Shown here: positions 8,598-18,177 of the stretch, in pieces | Layout of the letters: each line of letters opens with the position of its first letter | Numbering within the stretch: the first letter of the stretch is position 1 | Source of the DNA: an uncultured Planctomycetota bacterium | Lineage (GTDB): Bacteria > Planctomycetota > Planctomycetia > Gemmatales > Gemmataceae | Assembly (NCBI GenBank): GCA_963849325.1 | Contig: CAWKHF010000012.1 | Coordinates: 640,001 to 704,000, forward strand | DNA length: 64,000 bases | Reading direction: 5' to 3' | Notes under the pieces: model-generated | What the model was told of the DNA's origin: nothing | Database searches by the model: none | What the model saw: only the letters and a program-made list of their open reading frames with translations | Translations under genes and position numbers: made by a program

Positions 8598-9527
8598 GTG
8601 CACATCATTCTCGCCAATCCGCGCGGCTTCTGTGCCGGCGTGAACATGGCCATCGAGAGCCTGGAACGCGCCCTTGAGGTCTACGGCACCCCGCTGTACG
8701 TCTATCACGAAATCGTTCACAACCGCCCGGTCGTCGAGCGCTTCCGCAAGCACGGCGTCGTCTTCGTGGACCACGTTCACGAGGTGCCGGCCGGGTCCAC
8801 CCTTCTGTACAGCGCCCACGGCGTCGCTCCGGCCATCCGCGCCGCCGCCGCCGAGCGGCGCCTGCGGGCCATCGACGCCACCTGTCCGTTGGTCACCAAG
8901 GTCCATCTCGAAGCCGTCCGCTTCGCCAGGGAGAATTACATCATCCTCCTCATCGGCCACGAGGGACACGATGAGGTGCTGGGGACCACCGGCGAGGCGC
9001 CGGAGCACATTCGCCTGGTGCAGAGCGTCGAGGAAGTCGAAGCGCTGGACCTGCCGGCCGGCGCCAAGGTGGCCTACCTGACGCAGACGACGCTGAGCGT
9101 GGACGATGCCGAGGTCATCATCGCCGCCCTCAAGCGGCGTTTCCCGCACATCGTCGGCCCGTCGCGCGACGACATCTGTTATGCCACGCAAAACCGGCAG
9201 GAGGCCGTCAAGGAGCTGGTGCCGCGGGCGGACGCCGTCATCGTACTCGGCAGCCAGAATAGCTCGAATAGTCTGCGCCTGGCCGAGCTGGCGCGGACGC
9301 ACGGCAAACCGGCCTACCTCATCGACAGCATCCGCGATCTGCCGGCGGATTGCTTGATCGGCACGGAGACGGTGCTCATCACCGCCGGCGCCAGCGCCCC
9401 GGAAGAGGTGGTCCAGGAATGCGTCGAGGTCCTGCGCGAACGCTTCGGCGCCCGCGTCGAGTCGAGGACCGTCCGCGAGGAACACGTCAGCTTCCCGTTG
9501 CCCCGCGAGCTGCGCGTGTTGACGTGA
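8598..9527 (+). CDS. ispH: 4-hydroxy-3-methylbut-2-enyl diphosphate reductase
   Basis: PRGFCAGV, IVHN, SAHG, DATCPLV, QTTLS, DICYATQNRQ, SSNS, TAGASAP; GTG start after AGGAGG. Confidence 0.97.
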   Translation: MHIILANPRGFCAGVNMAIESLERALEVYGTPLYVYHEIVHNRPVVERFRKHGVVFVDHVHEVPAGSTLLYSAHGVAPAIRAAAAERRLRAIDATCPLVTKVHLEAVRFARENYIILLIGHEGHDEVLGTTGEAPEHIRLVQSVEEVEALDLPAGAKVAYLTQTTLSVDDAEVIIAALKRRFPHIVGPSRDDICYATQNRQEAVKELVPRADAVIVLGSQNSSNSLRLAELARTHGKPAYLIDSIRDLPADCLIGTETVLITAGASAPEEVVQECVEVLRERFGARVESRTVREEHVSFPLPRELRVLT

Positions 9528-9553
9528 GGCGAAGGAAAGGAGCGGAGGGAGAC

Positions 9554-10159
9554 ATGGCGATCCTTGTGAAACTCGGTCCGGCGGATCACGGCCGACCGAT
9601 GACCCTGGAAGAGTTCCACGTGAGCGATTACCAGGAAGGTTACCAGTACGAACTTATTGACGGAAAGCTGTACGTGTCCCCTCAACCCAACGCCCCCCAG
9701 GGGCTGGCCGATCGCTGGATCTACCTCAAGCTTCAGCGCTACTCGGACGACCATCCGGAAGTCCTCAACTTCGTGTACGGCAAGTGTCGCGTCTTCGTTC
9801 CCGGCCGGCCCGGCGTGACCAATCCCGAGCCGGACGTGACGGCGTACAAGGATTTTCCGCTGGATCTTCCGGTTTCCGAAGTTCGCTGGCAGGACGTCAG
9901 TCCCGTCCTTGTCGTCGAGGTACTGTCCCTGGACGACCCCGACAAAGACCTGGTCCGCAACGTGGAGCTGTATGGCCTGGTTCCCTCGATCAAGGAATAC
10001 TGGGTGATCGACACGCGAGAAGACGTCGAACATCCGCGTATGCTGGTGCATCGCCGGGGTCGCGGTCGTAAGTGGCGCTCTCTGGACGTTGGACCCGACG
10101 AGCGTTACACCACGCCTCTGCTGCCCGACTTTGAGCTGATTCTCGATTTGCGACGCTGA
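9554..10159 (+). CDS. Uma2-family endonuclease
   Basis: [25 protein letters not shown]...Y...[15 protein letters not shown]. Confidence 0.88.
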   Translation: MAILVKLGPADHGRPMTLEEFHVSDYQEGYQYELIDGKLYVSPQPNAPQGLADRWIYLKLQRYSDDHPEVLNFVYGKCRVFVPGRPGVTNPEPDVTAYKDFPLDLPVSEVRWQDVSPVLVVEVLSLDDPDKDLVRNVELYGLVPSIKEYWVIDTREDVEHPRMLVHRRGRGRKWRSLDVGPDERYTTPLLPDFELILDLRR

Positions 10160-10166
10160 GGCGCTT

Positions 10167-11300
10167 ATGGAACCGTCACTGGATTACCTGCCCCGGATGC
10201 CACGGCGCAAGGACTTCCGCATCGGCTGCGTCGGCGCCGGCTTCATCATGCGCGACTGTCATCTCGTTGCCTATCGCCAAGCCGGTTTCAACCCGACGGC
10301 CATCGCCTCCCGGACGCCGACCAAGGCTCGGAAGGTGGCGGAGCAGCACGGCATCCCCCGCTGTTACGACACCATCGAGCAGCTGCTGGACGATCCCGCG
10401 ATCGAAGTGCTCGACATCGCCGTTCCTCCGGACGTACAGCCGGATGTCCTGCGCGCGGCGTGCCTGCGTAACAAGCACCTTCGCGGCATCCTCGCCCAGA
10501 AGCCGCTGGCCCTCAGCGTCCGCGAGGCCCGGCAATGCGTCGAGCAATGCACCTCGGCCGGCATCACCCTGGCCGTCAACCAGAACATGCGTTATGACCA
10601 GTCCGTCCGCGCCCTCAAAGACCTTTTGCGGCGCGGTTGGCTTGGCGAGCCGGTGCTCGGCACCATCGACATGCGGGCCATCCCGCACTGGATGCCCTGG
10701 AGCGAAGGGTTGCCTTCGCTCTCGACGTTCGTTATGAGCATCCATCACCTCGACACGTTCCGTTACTGGTTCGGCACGCCCGACCGCGTGCTGGCCAGCA
10801 CCCGTCCCGATCCGCGCACGCGCTTCTGCCACGCCGACGGCATCAACCTGTACATCCTCGAATACGACAACGGTTGCCGAGCCAGTGCCTGGGACGACGT
10901 GTGGACGGGACCGGCGCGGGAGGGCTGCGCCGGCGACATCGGCATTCGCTGGCGCGTCGAAGGCACCGAGGGTTTGGCCCGCGGCACCATCGGCTGGCCG
11001 AGTTACCCGCAGCGCACGCCCAGCACGCTGGACTTCGCCACGCGCCGGCAGCCGGACGCCTGGCTCCAGCCACGCTGGTCCGAGGTGTGGTTCCCCGATG
11101 CCTTCATCGGCACGATGGCTCAACTGCTGTGTGCGCTGGAGGAGGGCCGCGAACCTGAGATCAGCGGCCGCGATAATCTGGAGACGATTGCGCTGTGCGA
11201 GGCGGTTTACGCCGCTGCCCGCGAGCACCGCGTCACCACCGTCCGCGAGTTCCTCGTGGCCCCAGAGAAAAACCACGAATCACACGAATCACACGAATAA
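10167..11300 (+). CDS. Gfo/Idh/MocA-family oxidoreductase
   Basis: IGCVGAGFI Rossmann motif, [19 protein letters not shown]. Confidence 0.9.
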   Translation: MEPSLDYLPRMPRRKDFRIGCVGAGFIMRDCHLVAYRQAGFNPTAIASRTPTKARKVAEQHGIPRCYDTIEQLLDDPAIEVLDIAVPPDVQPDVLRAACLRNKHLRGILAQKPLALSVREARQCVEQCTSAGITLAVNQNMRYDQSVRALKDLLRRGWLGEPVLGTIDMRAIPHWMPWSEGLPSLSTFVMSIHHLDTFRYWFGTPDRVLASTRPDPRTRFCHADGINLYILEYDNGCRASAWDDVWTGPAREGCAGDIGIRWRVEGTEGLARGTIGWPSYPQRTPSTLDFATRRQPDAWLQPRWSEVWFPDAFIGTMAQLLCALEEGREPEISGRDNLETIALCEAVYAAAREHRVTTVREFLVAPEKNHESHESHE

Positions 11301-11341
11301 AAGACATCTCAATTATTATTCATTCGTGTGATTCGTGGTTT
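11271..11341. repeat. REP-like palindrome, family E (ACCACGAAT-CACACGAAT)
   Basis: AACCACGAATCACACGAAT ... ATTCGTGTGATTCGTGGTT; supplies the last codons and stop of the oxidoreductase. Confidence 0.8.
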
Positions 11342-11348
11342 TCTCTTT

Positions 11349-12854
11349 TCAGTGCAGAGCCCGCAGCAATCCCTCGGCCTTGTGCAGCGTCTCCTCATAC
11401 TCCGCCTCCGGCGTGGAGTCGGCGACGATACCACCGCCGACGGGGAACTGCATCCAGCCTTTTCCGATCGTGAACGTGCGGATGAGGATGTTCGCGTCCA
11501 TGCTGCCGTCGAAACCGATGTAGCCGAGACTGCCGCAATACGGCCCGCGCGCCGCCGGCTCCAGTTCGGCGATGATCTCCATCGCGCGCACCTTCGGCGC
11601 TCCCGTCACGGAGCCGCCGGGAAACGCGGCCCGCAGCAAATCGATCGGCCCCAACCCCGGCCGCAATCGGCCAACCACCTCCGAGACGAGATGATGCACG
11701 GTGCGATAGCTCTCCAGCCGGCACACCGCCGGCACGCGCACGGAACCATAGGTACACACCCGGCCCAGGTCGTTGCGCAGCAGGTCGATAATCATGACGT
11801 TCTCGGCGCGGTCCTTCGCCGAGTGCAGCAAATCGTCGCGCTGGCGCTGGTCCTCGTCCGGCGTGGCCCCGCGCGGTCGGGTGCCCTTGATGGGACGAGT
11901 TTCGACATAGCCATCCTCAACGCGCAAGAAGCGCTCCGGCGAGGCACTGACGACGACGAAATCGCCGACATCGAAATAGCCGGCGAACGGCGCCGGATTG
12001 CGTTCGCGCAGCCGGCCGTACAGCTCCAGCGGCGCGAGGACGGCCGGGCACAGCAAGCGCTGCGACAGGTTGACCTGGAAGCAGTCGCCGGCGTGGATGT
12101 AGTCGATGGCGCGCCGTACCGCCGCGAGATAGCCTGGCCGATCGAAGTTGCTGAAGACACCCGACAGTCCCGGCAGCGGATGAAGATTATCGGGAGAGGT
12201 AGTGTCTCCACCGAATATGCCCGGAAGCGGCGACGAGTGGTGCGGATCGATCAGTCGGCGTTTCACCGCTTGCAGTCGGAGGAGCGCCCGCTGGCGGCGC
12301 CGTACCGCATCGGTCTCGGGCAGCCCGGTCGAAACGATCCAGGTCCGCCGCTGGACGTGATCGAAGGAGACAACCCAGTCGTACAACCCGATGGCCAGGT
12401 CCGGTGTTTGGAACTCGTCGCCGCGCGGCCGCGGCAGGCGCTCGATGTGATGGCAGAGGTCGTAGCCAAACAGTCCGGCCGCACCGCCCTGAAACGGCGG
12501 CAATCCGGCGATGGTCTCGACGCGCCACCGGCTCAGGCGGTCTCGAAGGGCCGCGAAAGGATCAACCTGTTGCTCCCCCTCGTCACCTTCCAGGATCTGC
12601 CCGCGCCGGACGCAGAGCCAATGAAAGGGGGCGGCGGTTACGAGAGAATAGCGGCCGAGTCCCGGCTGAAGAGCGGCGCTTTCCAGGAACAGCAGGTGGG
12701 GCAGAGAAGCCAATCGACGGCAAATGTCCCAGGGATCGAGCCAGGGCGTCAGCTCTTCGACGAGCGGAGTGATGGGATCGCATGGTGCGGAGCAAGGACC
12801 TGCTGGCGGCAGGCCGAGCCGTTGCGCGGTCATCCTCGGTTGGGTGTTCCCCAT
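11349..12854 (-). CDS. pabB: Aminodeoxychorismate synthase component I (start uncertain)
   Basis: [61 protein letters not shown]. Confidence 0.9.
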   Translation of the reverse strand: MGNTQPRMTAQRLGLPPAGPCSAPCDPITPLVEELTPWLDPWDICRRLASLPHLLFLESAALQPGLGRYSLVTAAPFHWLCVRRGQILEGDEGEQQVDPFAALRDRLSRWRVETIAGLPPFQGGAAGLFGYDLCHHIERLPRPRGDEFQTPDLAIGLYDWVVSFDHVQRRTWIVSTGLPETDAVRRRQRALLRLQAVKRRLIDPHHSSPLPGIFGGDTTSPDNLHPLPGLSGVFSNFDRPGYLAAVRRAIDYIHAGDCFQVNLSQRLLCPAVLAPLELYGRLRERNPAPFAGYFDVGDFVVVSASPERFLRVEDGYVETRPIKGTRPRGATPDEDQRQRDDLLHSAKDRAENVMIIDLLRNDLGRVCTYGSVRVPAVCRLESYRTVHHLVSEVVGRLRPGLGPIDLLRAAFPGGSVTGAPKVRAMEIIAELEPAARGPYCGSLGYIGFDGSMDANILIRTFTIGKGWMQFPVGGGIVADSTPEAEYEETLHKAEGLLRALH

Positions 12855-13109
12855 CTTCGTCTTTCTATCCTCGTGGCTCGGTTTCGGCCCGCAGTCATCC
12901 GGTTCTCGGCCGCCTGGTAGAGAGGAATCCGAAGAAAAAGGGAACGACGCCAAACGGCGAAGGAGCCGGGGCGACCGGCAGGGATTTTGCTTAACGGGCA
13001 AACGTCGTGAGCTTGAGGTAGCGGTGTTAGGACGCACCGGCACGCCCTAAGCCCCTGCGCTGGGCGCGCCGGCGCGCTTGAAGAACATAGTTCGGCGAAG
13101 AGGAGGTCG

Positions 13110-13138
13110 TTGACGGGTGATTTCGGACGGTGTACGCT
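13110..13138 (+). promoter_or_regulatory. Promoter for a probably leaderless TA transcript
   Basis: TTGACG, 17 nt, TACGCT, then 6 nt to the ATG at 13145 with no SD. Confidence 0.6.
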
Positions 13139-13144
13139 TGCGCT

Positions 13145-13360
13145 ATGGACTACACGCACCTTATCACGATTGAGCCGGGCAAGCGGAGCGGCCAGCCATG
13201 CATCCGTGGCATGCGGATCACCGTGCAGGACGTGCTGGAGTACCTTGCAGGAGGCATGACTGCTGAAGAGGTACTGGCCGACTTCCCCGAGTTGACCACG
13301 GAGGACTTGCGCGCGTGCCTGGCGTTCGCAGCCGAGCGTGAGCGGCGGTTGCGGGTATGA
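13145..13360 (+). CDS. DUF433 antitoxin
   Basis: GKRSGQPCIRGMRITVQDVLEYLAGGMTAEEVLADFPELT. Confidence 0.92.
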   Translation: MDYTHLITIEPGKRSGQPCIRGMRITVQDVLEYLAGGMTAEEVLADFPELTTEDLRACLAFAAERERRLRV

Positions 13361-13689
13361 GTCTCTTGTTCGACCAGAACTTGTCCCGCAAGTTGGTCGG
13401 GATGCTCGCGGCCGAATATCCCGGCTCCGAACACGTCGAGGGCGCGGGCCTATTGGGGGCCGACGATCTGACGGTGTGGCGTTACGCGGCGGGGCGGAGC
13501 CTGATAGTGGTATCAAAGGACTCGGACTTCCGTCACTTAGCGCTACTGCACGGCCCTCCGCCGAAGGTGATTTGGGTGCGGGCCGGGAACGGGCCGACGG
13601 CGGCGGTAGCGGCCCTGCTGCGTGCGCGGGTGACAGACGTGCAGGCATTCGCCGCGGACTCGGCCCTAGCATTGTTGGTCCTGCCGTAG
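13357..13689 (+). CDS. DUF5615 PIN-like toxin
   Basis: LLFDQNLS...ADDLTVW...VSKDSDF...PPKVIW; ATGA overlap with DUF433. Confidence 0.9.
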   Translation: MSLLFDQNLSRKLVGMLAAEYPGSEHVEGAGLLGADDLTVWRYAAGRSLIVVSKDSDFRHLALLHGPPPKVIWVRAGNGPTAAVAALLRARVTDVQAFAADSALALLVLP

Positions 13690-13750
13690 CTTCCCGGGTA
13701 CGAGTCGCTGATCGCCGAAACAGTAGTTCGACGAAGGAAAAGTAATTACG

Positions 13751-14899
13751 ATGTCCCGGTTCTTCACCTGCCACTGGCAGAACAAGTACTGGAACCCCGA
13801 CTGCAATAGCGAGGGCAAGCCCATCCGCAGTTCTGGTGGGAACCGCTACACGAGCCGGGGGATTGCCGGTGGGCGTGGCCACAAAGCTTACATCGTCAGC
13901 ATGCTTGACGGCCAACTCTACCTCGGTGGCCGAATGACCGTCTCACGGATCGTCTCTCGCGAGGAGGCAGTGCGAATTCGTGGCAATGACCGCCTGTATC
14001 CAGCTGACGAGTGGCTGATCGATGACACTCTTGAGGGCGGGACTTCGCTCCATCTCCGGCGGCGGCTGGCCCCGAAGGTCGCTCAGCAAATCCGGTGCAT
14101 CCTGGCCAGCGGCGAGGAGCGAGGATTGTTCTTTGTCTCGGACACGCATCTGGACGTGCAGGCGACTCGAGGCGTCCGAGAATTGACAGCCGAATCCGCA
14201 GAGTTTCTGGATCGGATAATCACGTTGACTGACGCGATGCCCCCTGACGAGAAATTAGTCACTGTCACTGATGAGATGCTTCTAGTGGCTCATCAGGCAG
14301 GCACGCCAAGCGCCTCCGAGCGCGGCGTTGCAGCAGATCGGAGATCCAAGCCTGTTGTTATTGACATCTATTCCGACGAGGTCGAATCTGGCGCGATATA
14401 CCGAGAGGGAGCAGTCGTCCAGAGATCGGTGAATGCCTATGAGCGGAACTCCGCCGCACGAGAAGCTTGCATCGCGTATCATGGTACGAACTGCTGTGTC
14501 TGCGACATTAACTTCGGGCAGATATATGGGCCAGAGGTGGACGGCCTCATTCATGTCCACCACCTGCGCTCGTTATCGGAGATCGGTGCTGAATACACTG
14601 TGGACTCTCTCGCCGACCTTCGCCCAGTTTGCCCGAATTGCCACGCAGTCTTGCACTCTCGCACCCCAGCGTACAGTATTGAGGAGGTCCGAGGTTTTTT
14701 GAGACGGCAGGAGAGCACGAACCAGTCTCTGCAGCAGGCCGGCCACGCGAATGAGGTTTGTCTGTGCTTCCTTTGTCATTGCATGTCGGCCGGCGCCGGT
14801 TACGATGTCAGAAGATCGGCGGATGCGAGGATCCTGAAGGCAAGGCGGAGTTACGACCATGTTGCAGTTGGAGAGCGAGAAGCGGCCCCAGAGCTGTGA
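13751..14899 (+). CDS. HNH endonuclease (McrA-like C-terminal domain) with uncharacterised N-terminal domain
   Basis: YERNSAAREAC...CCVC...IHVHH...DLRPVCPNCHAVLH; C-terminal tail runs through an attC-like relic and is probably spurious. Confidence 0.85.
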   Translation: MSRFFTCHWQNKYWNPDCNSEGKPIRSSGGNRYTSRGIAGGRGHKAYIVSMLDGQLYLGGRMTVSRIVSREEAVRIRGNDRLYPADEWLIDDTLEGGTSLHLRRRLAPKVAQQIRCILASGEERGLFFVSDTHLDVQATRGVRELTAESAEFLDRIITLTDAMPPDEKLVTVTDEMLLVAHQAGTPSASERGVAADRRSKPVVIDIYSDEVESGAIYREGAVVQRSVNAYERNSAAREACIAYHGTNCCVCDINFGQIYGPEVDGLIHVHHLRSLSEIGAEYTVDSLADLRPVCPNCHAVLHSRTPAYSIEEVRGFLRRQESTNQSLQQAGHANEVCLCFLCHCMSAGAGYDVRRSADARILKARRSYDHVAVGEREAAPEL

Positions 14900-16123
14900 C
14901 GGTCTGACGCGACGAGACTTCTTGCGCGTCGGCGCCCTCGGCGCTGGAGCGGTCGGCCTGTCGCTGGCGGACCTGCGCCGGCGATTCCCGGAAGGATGTC
15001 AACTGTATCCTCCTCTTCCTCGTCGGCGGTCCCAGTCAGCTCGACACCTGGGACCTGAAGCCAGACGCCCCCGAGACGATTCGCGGCCCGTTCCGGCCGA
15101 TTTCGACCAGCGTCCCCGGTATGCGGATCAGCGAACATTTCCCCCTCATGGCCCAGCGGGCACGGCACTACGCCATCGTTCGCTCGGTCCATCACGAGGA
15201 AGCGCCCATCCACGAGACCGGCCAGCAGCTGATGCAGACCGGGCACCTGTTCCGCGATGGCCACGAATATCCGCACTATGGCGCTGTGCTGTCGCAGCAG
15301 CGCGGACCGCGGGTCGAGGGGATGCCGCCCTTCGTCGTGCTGCCGGCGCCGATCGGCCACACCGGCGTCAGCGTCGCGCACGGCCAGGGCGCCGGCGCTC
15401 TCGGCGGCCGTCACGAGCCATTCGTCCTGCACGCCGACCCGGCCCGCTTGCCGCACGGCCGGGCGCTGCTCGACGCCGTGGACGCCGCCCACCGCGCCCT
15501 CGATGCCGACCCTTCGCGCGATCCGGCCTTCCACCAACTGTTCGCCTCCCGGGCCAAGAAAGCGTTCGACCTCGCCGGCGAGAACGAGGACGTGCGCGGC
15601 GCGCTATGGACGGAACACCTTCGGCCAGTCGTGCCTGCTGGCCCGGCGGTTGATCGAGCACGGTGTTCGGCTGGCGACGGTCAACATGTTCGACACGGTG
15701 TTCAACGAAATCACCTGGGACTGTCACGCCGACGGCGGGGCGCTGGGCACGACCCTGGACGATTACCGCGCAACGCTGTGCCCGATTTTTGACCAGGCGT
15801 ACTCGGCCCTGCTCGACGACCTGGACGCGCGCGGATTGTTAGAGAGTACGCTGGTGGTGGCGATGGGAGAGTTCGGCCGGACGCCGCGTCTGAACCCGCG
15901 CGGCGGCCGCGATCACTGGCCGGGTGTGTGGTCCATCCTGTTCGCTGGCGGCGGCGTGCATGGCGGCCAGGTCGTCGGTTCGTCCGACCATCTCGGCGCC
16001 GAGCCGCGCGATCGCCCGGTGACGCCGGCCGAAGTCGCGGCCACGATCTATCACCTGCTCGGCATCGACAGCCGAACGCTCTTGTCGGAAGCGACGCCCA
16101 TTGCGGAGCTACTTCGTGGCTGA
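14859..16123 (+). CDS. DUF1501 protein with Tat-like leader (two frameshifts, ~14990 and ~15600)
   Basis: TRRDFLRVG; GGPSQLDTWDLKP; FGQSCLLARRL; GEFGRTP; GRDHWP, spread over successive frames. Confidence 0.85.
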
Positions 16124-16136
16124 CGGCACGCCTCCA

Positions 16137-16230
16137 TTTTCACCACGGAATACACGGAAAACACGGAAATAAGACAAAAAGTCTATTCGCATTCTTTTTT
16201 GTCTTTTTTCCGTGTATTCCGTGGTGAAAA
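16137..16230. repeat. REP-like palindrome, family E variant
   Basis: TTTTCACCACGGAATACACGGAAAA / TTTTCCGTGTATTCCGTGGTGAAAA between convergent genes. Confidence 0.85.
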
Positions 16231-16240
16231 AGTGTCTTCT

Positions 16241-16531
16241 TCACGAACCGGCGTGGGCCATCTCGGCTTCGACCGTGCCCGACTCCAGACCGAGCCGTTC
16301 GCGGGCCTGACGCAGGACGCGCCAGGGCCCGAGGAACCAGACTAATTGCAACTCCGCATCCATCTCGGTCGGGTTGAGCACCGGCCCATCGCCGAGATCG
16401 CTCCCCTTCGGCTGGACGAGAATAAACCCGGTGAACATGTCGAGCAGAAGGACGTCGCTCGGGACGCTCCGCTTGCGGATGGCCTTGGCGCGTTCCTTGG
16501 ATACCCAACGAGCCTCGAATTCTGTCTGCAT
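16241..16531 (-). CDS. Hypothetical protein
   Basis: 96-aa ORF with SD GAGAGGT. Confidence 0.6.
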   Translation of the reverse strand: MQTEFEARWVSKERAKAIRKRSVPSDVLLLDMFTGFILVQPKGSDLGDGPVLNPTEMDAELQLVWFLGPWRVLRQARERLGLESGTVEAEMAHAGS

Positions 16532-16658
16532 GATGTGTTACCTCTCCGGGGCGACAACAACCGGATACGGTTTTTATGCAAATGCGATGCCCGGAACCGG
16601 CAAGTCTTCTGTCGTCTGGAAGGCGGAGAGGAGAAGGCGAGAATAGCTGGCCTGGCCC

Positions 16659-18166
16659 GAATGGCGTTCGGTTAAGCCGCATCTTCTTGTGGTGGTGACG
16701 TTTGATGCAACAATCTCTCGCGCAGCGCGGCTCGTGGTTGGTTCATCAAGTCGTAGGGTTTGGCCCGACGTTTCTTCACCCGCGGTTCCACGCGACCGGG
16801 ACGACACGGTACTACCTGCAGCCGCGGCAATTCTTCGCCATGCCGCGCTTCCCGCAACCAACGCCACGCATCCGCGAAGCTAATACGTTCTGGTTCCACC
16901 TCTTGCTGTCGCGCCGCCTCCACCATCACCCGACGCACCAGATTATACACCAGCACGAAGACCAACAGTTCCTTCCACACACCTTGCCACGTCTCACAAC
17001 GCAGCACGTCCATGCGCAAGGTCTGTTTCAGGTGACGCAGATTGACTTCCACGCCCCAACGCTTCTCGTACAGCCGAGCCAACACCTCCGGCGGATAACG
17101 CCGTCGATCCAACAGCGTTGTCACCAGGGTCAACTCCCGCACCCGGCAAGTCGGCGTCCGGATCGGCACACGCACCTCACGGACCACCAGCGACGACGGC
17201 AAGGATTCATACTCCTGGCTGTCCATCCAGGCCGGACACTCGGCTGGCTTAACGTACTCGACGAGTTGATCGTCGCGGCCCAGCCGACGCAGCCAGCGCG
17301 AGCGGGGCAAGCCCGCTTCTGCCTTGCGGGGCTGACGGTTCGGCGCGCTACGTGCTTCCGCCGCGGCTTGAAGGAGATGATAAGACGCTGATGGGCACGA
17401 AAGAGGCTGAAAACGCCTCGTTGGTGTCGCATCGCCAGGTGAGCATAGGAGCAGAAAGCGCGATCGCCGGCCACCACGTCGCCAGCCCGCAGTCCGCGGT
17501 GGGTCCAGGTCAGGTCGGCCAGGTCGTGCGTCCGTAACGGTCCCGGCATGACGTTGATCAGATAGCCGGTGTAGGCATGAAACTGCACCAGCAGGTGGGC
17601 CGTGGGGAAGCCGCAGCCTTGGGCCTGCTGGCCACTCTGACCGAAGGCGGCATGCAAGTCGGGCGTGTCCGGCATGGAGAAACTGGAACCATCGAGGAAA
17701 AAGACGCGATGACCATGCCACAAGGCGCGTGGGTCGTTGTCGCTGGAGCGGCAGCGGTCGAGGACGGCGACGCCCAGTCGTTGGAAGAAGGGCACGGGCA
17801 GGCGTTGTCGGGCCTCGCAGTAGGACGAGTCTGCGAAGGAAAGCTTGGCGAGGCGGCGGAGTTCGGAGACCGAGGTGTTCCCTTCGAGGATTTGGCGGAT
17901 GAACAAGTGGGTGGTGACCAGGGGAGTCAGCCGACGCTGACGTTCCGCCCAGACGGAGCGCTCGTGCGAGGGAATGGATGAGGGGGGCATCGATCCATTG
18001 GGCGGTAGCACCCTTGATGCGTTCGAGGGCTTGCGACATACTAAGCATGGCGGCCTCCTGAGATGATGAGGTCTGGACAACTCCATCATGGCAGGAGGCT
18101 GCCGCCTTTCCAAGATCGTCAGAAGTTCAAGCAGCGAAAGAGGCTACGCTTAACCGAACGCCATTC
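16659..18166 (-). mobile_element. IS4-family insertion sequence, 1508 bp
   Basis: Perfect 19-bp terminal IR GAATGGCGTTCGGTTAAGC; 11-bp direct repeat TGGCCTGGCCC at 16648-16658 and 18167-18177. Confidence 0.93.
16672..18048 (-). CDS. IS4-family DDE transposase (two compensating frameshifts)
   Basis: LDGSSFSMPDT, GDRAF, YEKRWGVEVNLRHLK (YREK); middle part is in the 17130..18113 frame. Confidence 0.9.
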   Translation of the reverse strand: MLSMSQALERIKGATAQWIDAPLIHSLARALRLGGTSASADSPGHHPLVHPPNPRREHLGLRTPPPRQAFLRRLVLLRGPTTPARALLPTTGRRRPRPLPLQRQRPTRLVAWSSRLFPRWFQFLHAGHARLACRLRSEWPAGPRLRLPHGPPAGAVSCLHRLSDQRHAGTVTDARPGRPDLDPPRTAGWRRGGRRSRFLLLCSPGDATPTRRFQPLSCPSASYHLLQAAAEARSAPNRQPRKAEAGLPRSRWLRRLGRDDQLVEYVKPAECPAWMDSQEYESLPSSLVVREVRVPIRTPTCRVRELTLVTTLLDRRRYPPEVLARLYEKRWGVEVNLRHLKQTLRMDVLRCETWQGVWKELLVFVLVYNLVRRVMVEAARQQEVEPERISFADAWRWLREARHGEELPRLQVVPCRPGRVEPRVKKRRAKPYDLMNQPRAALRERLLHQTSPPQEDAA

Positions 18167-18177
18167 TGGCCTGGCCC

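Noticed and set aside
11271-16230. Short iterated repeats (CACACGAAT, CACGGAA) as CRISPR
   Set aside because: They form palindromes with no spacers; no cas genes in the window
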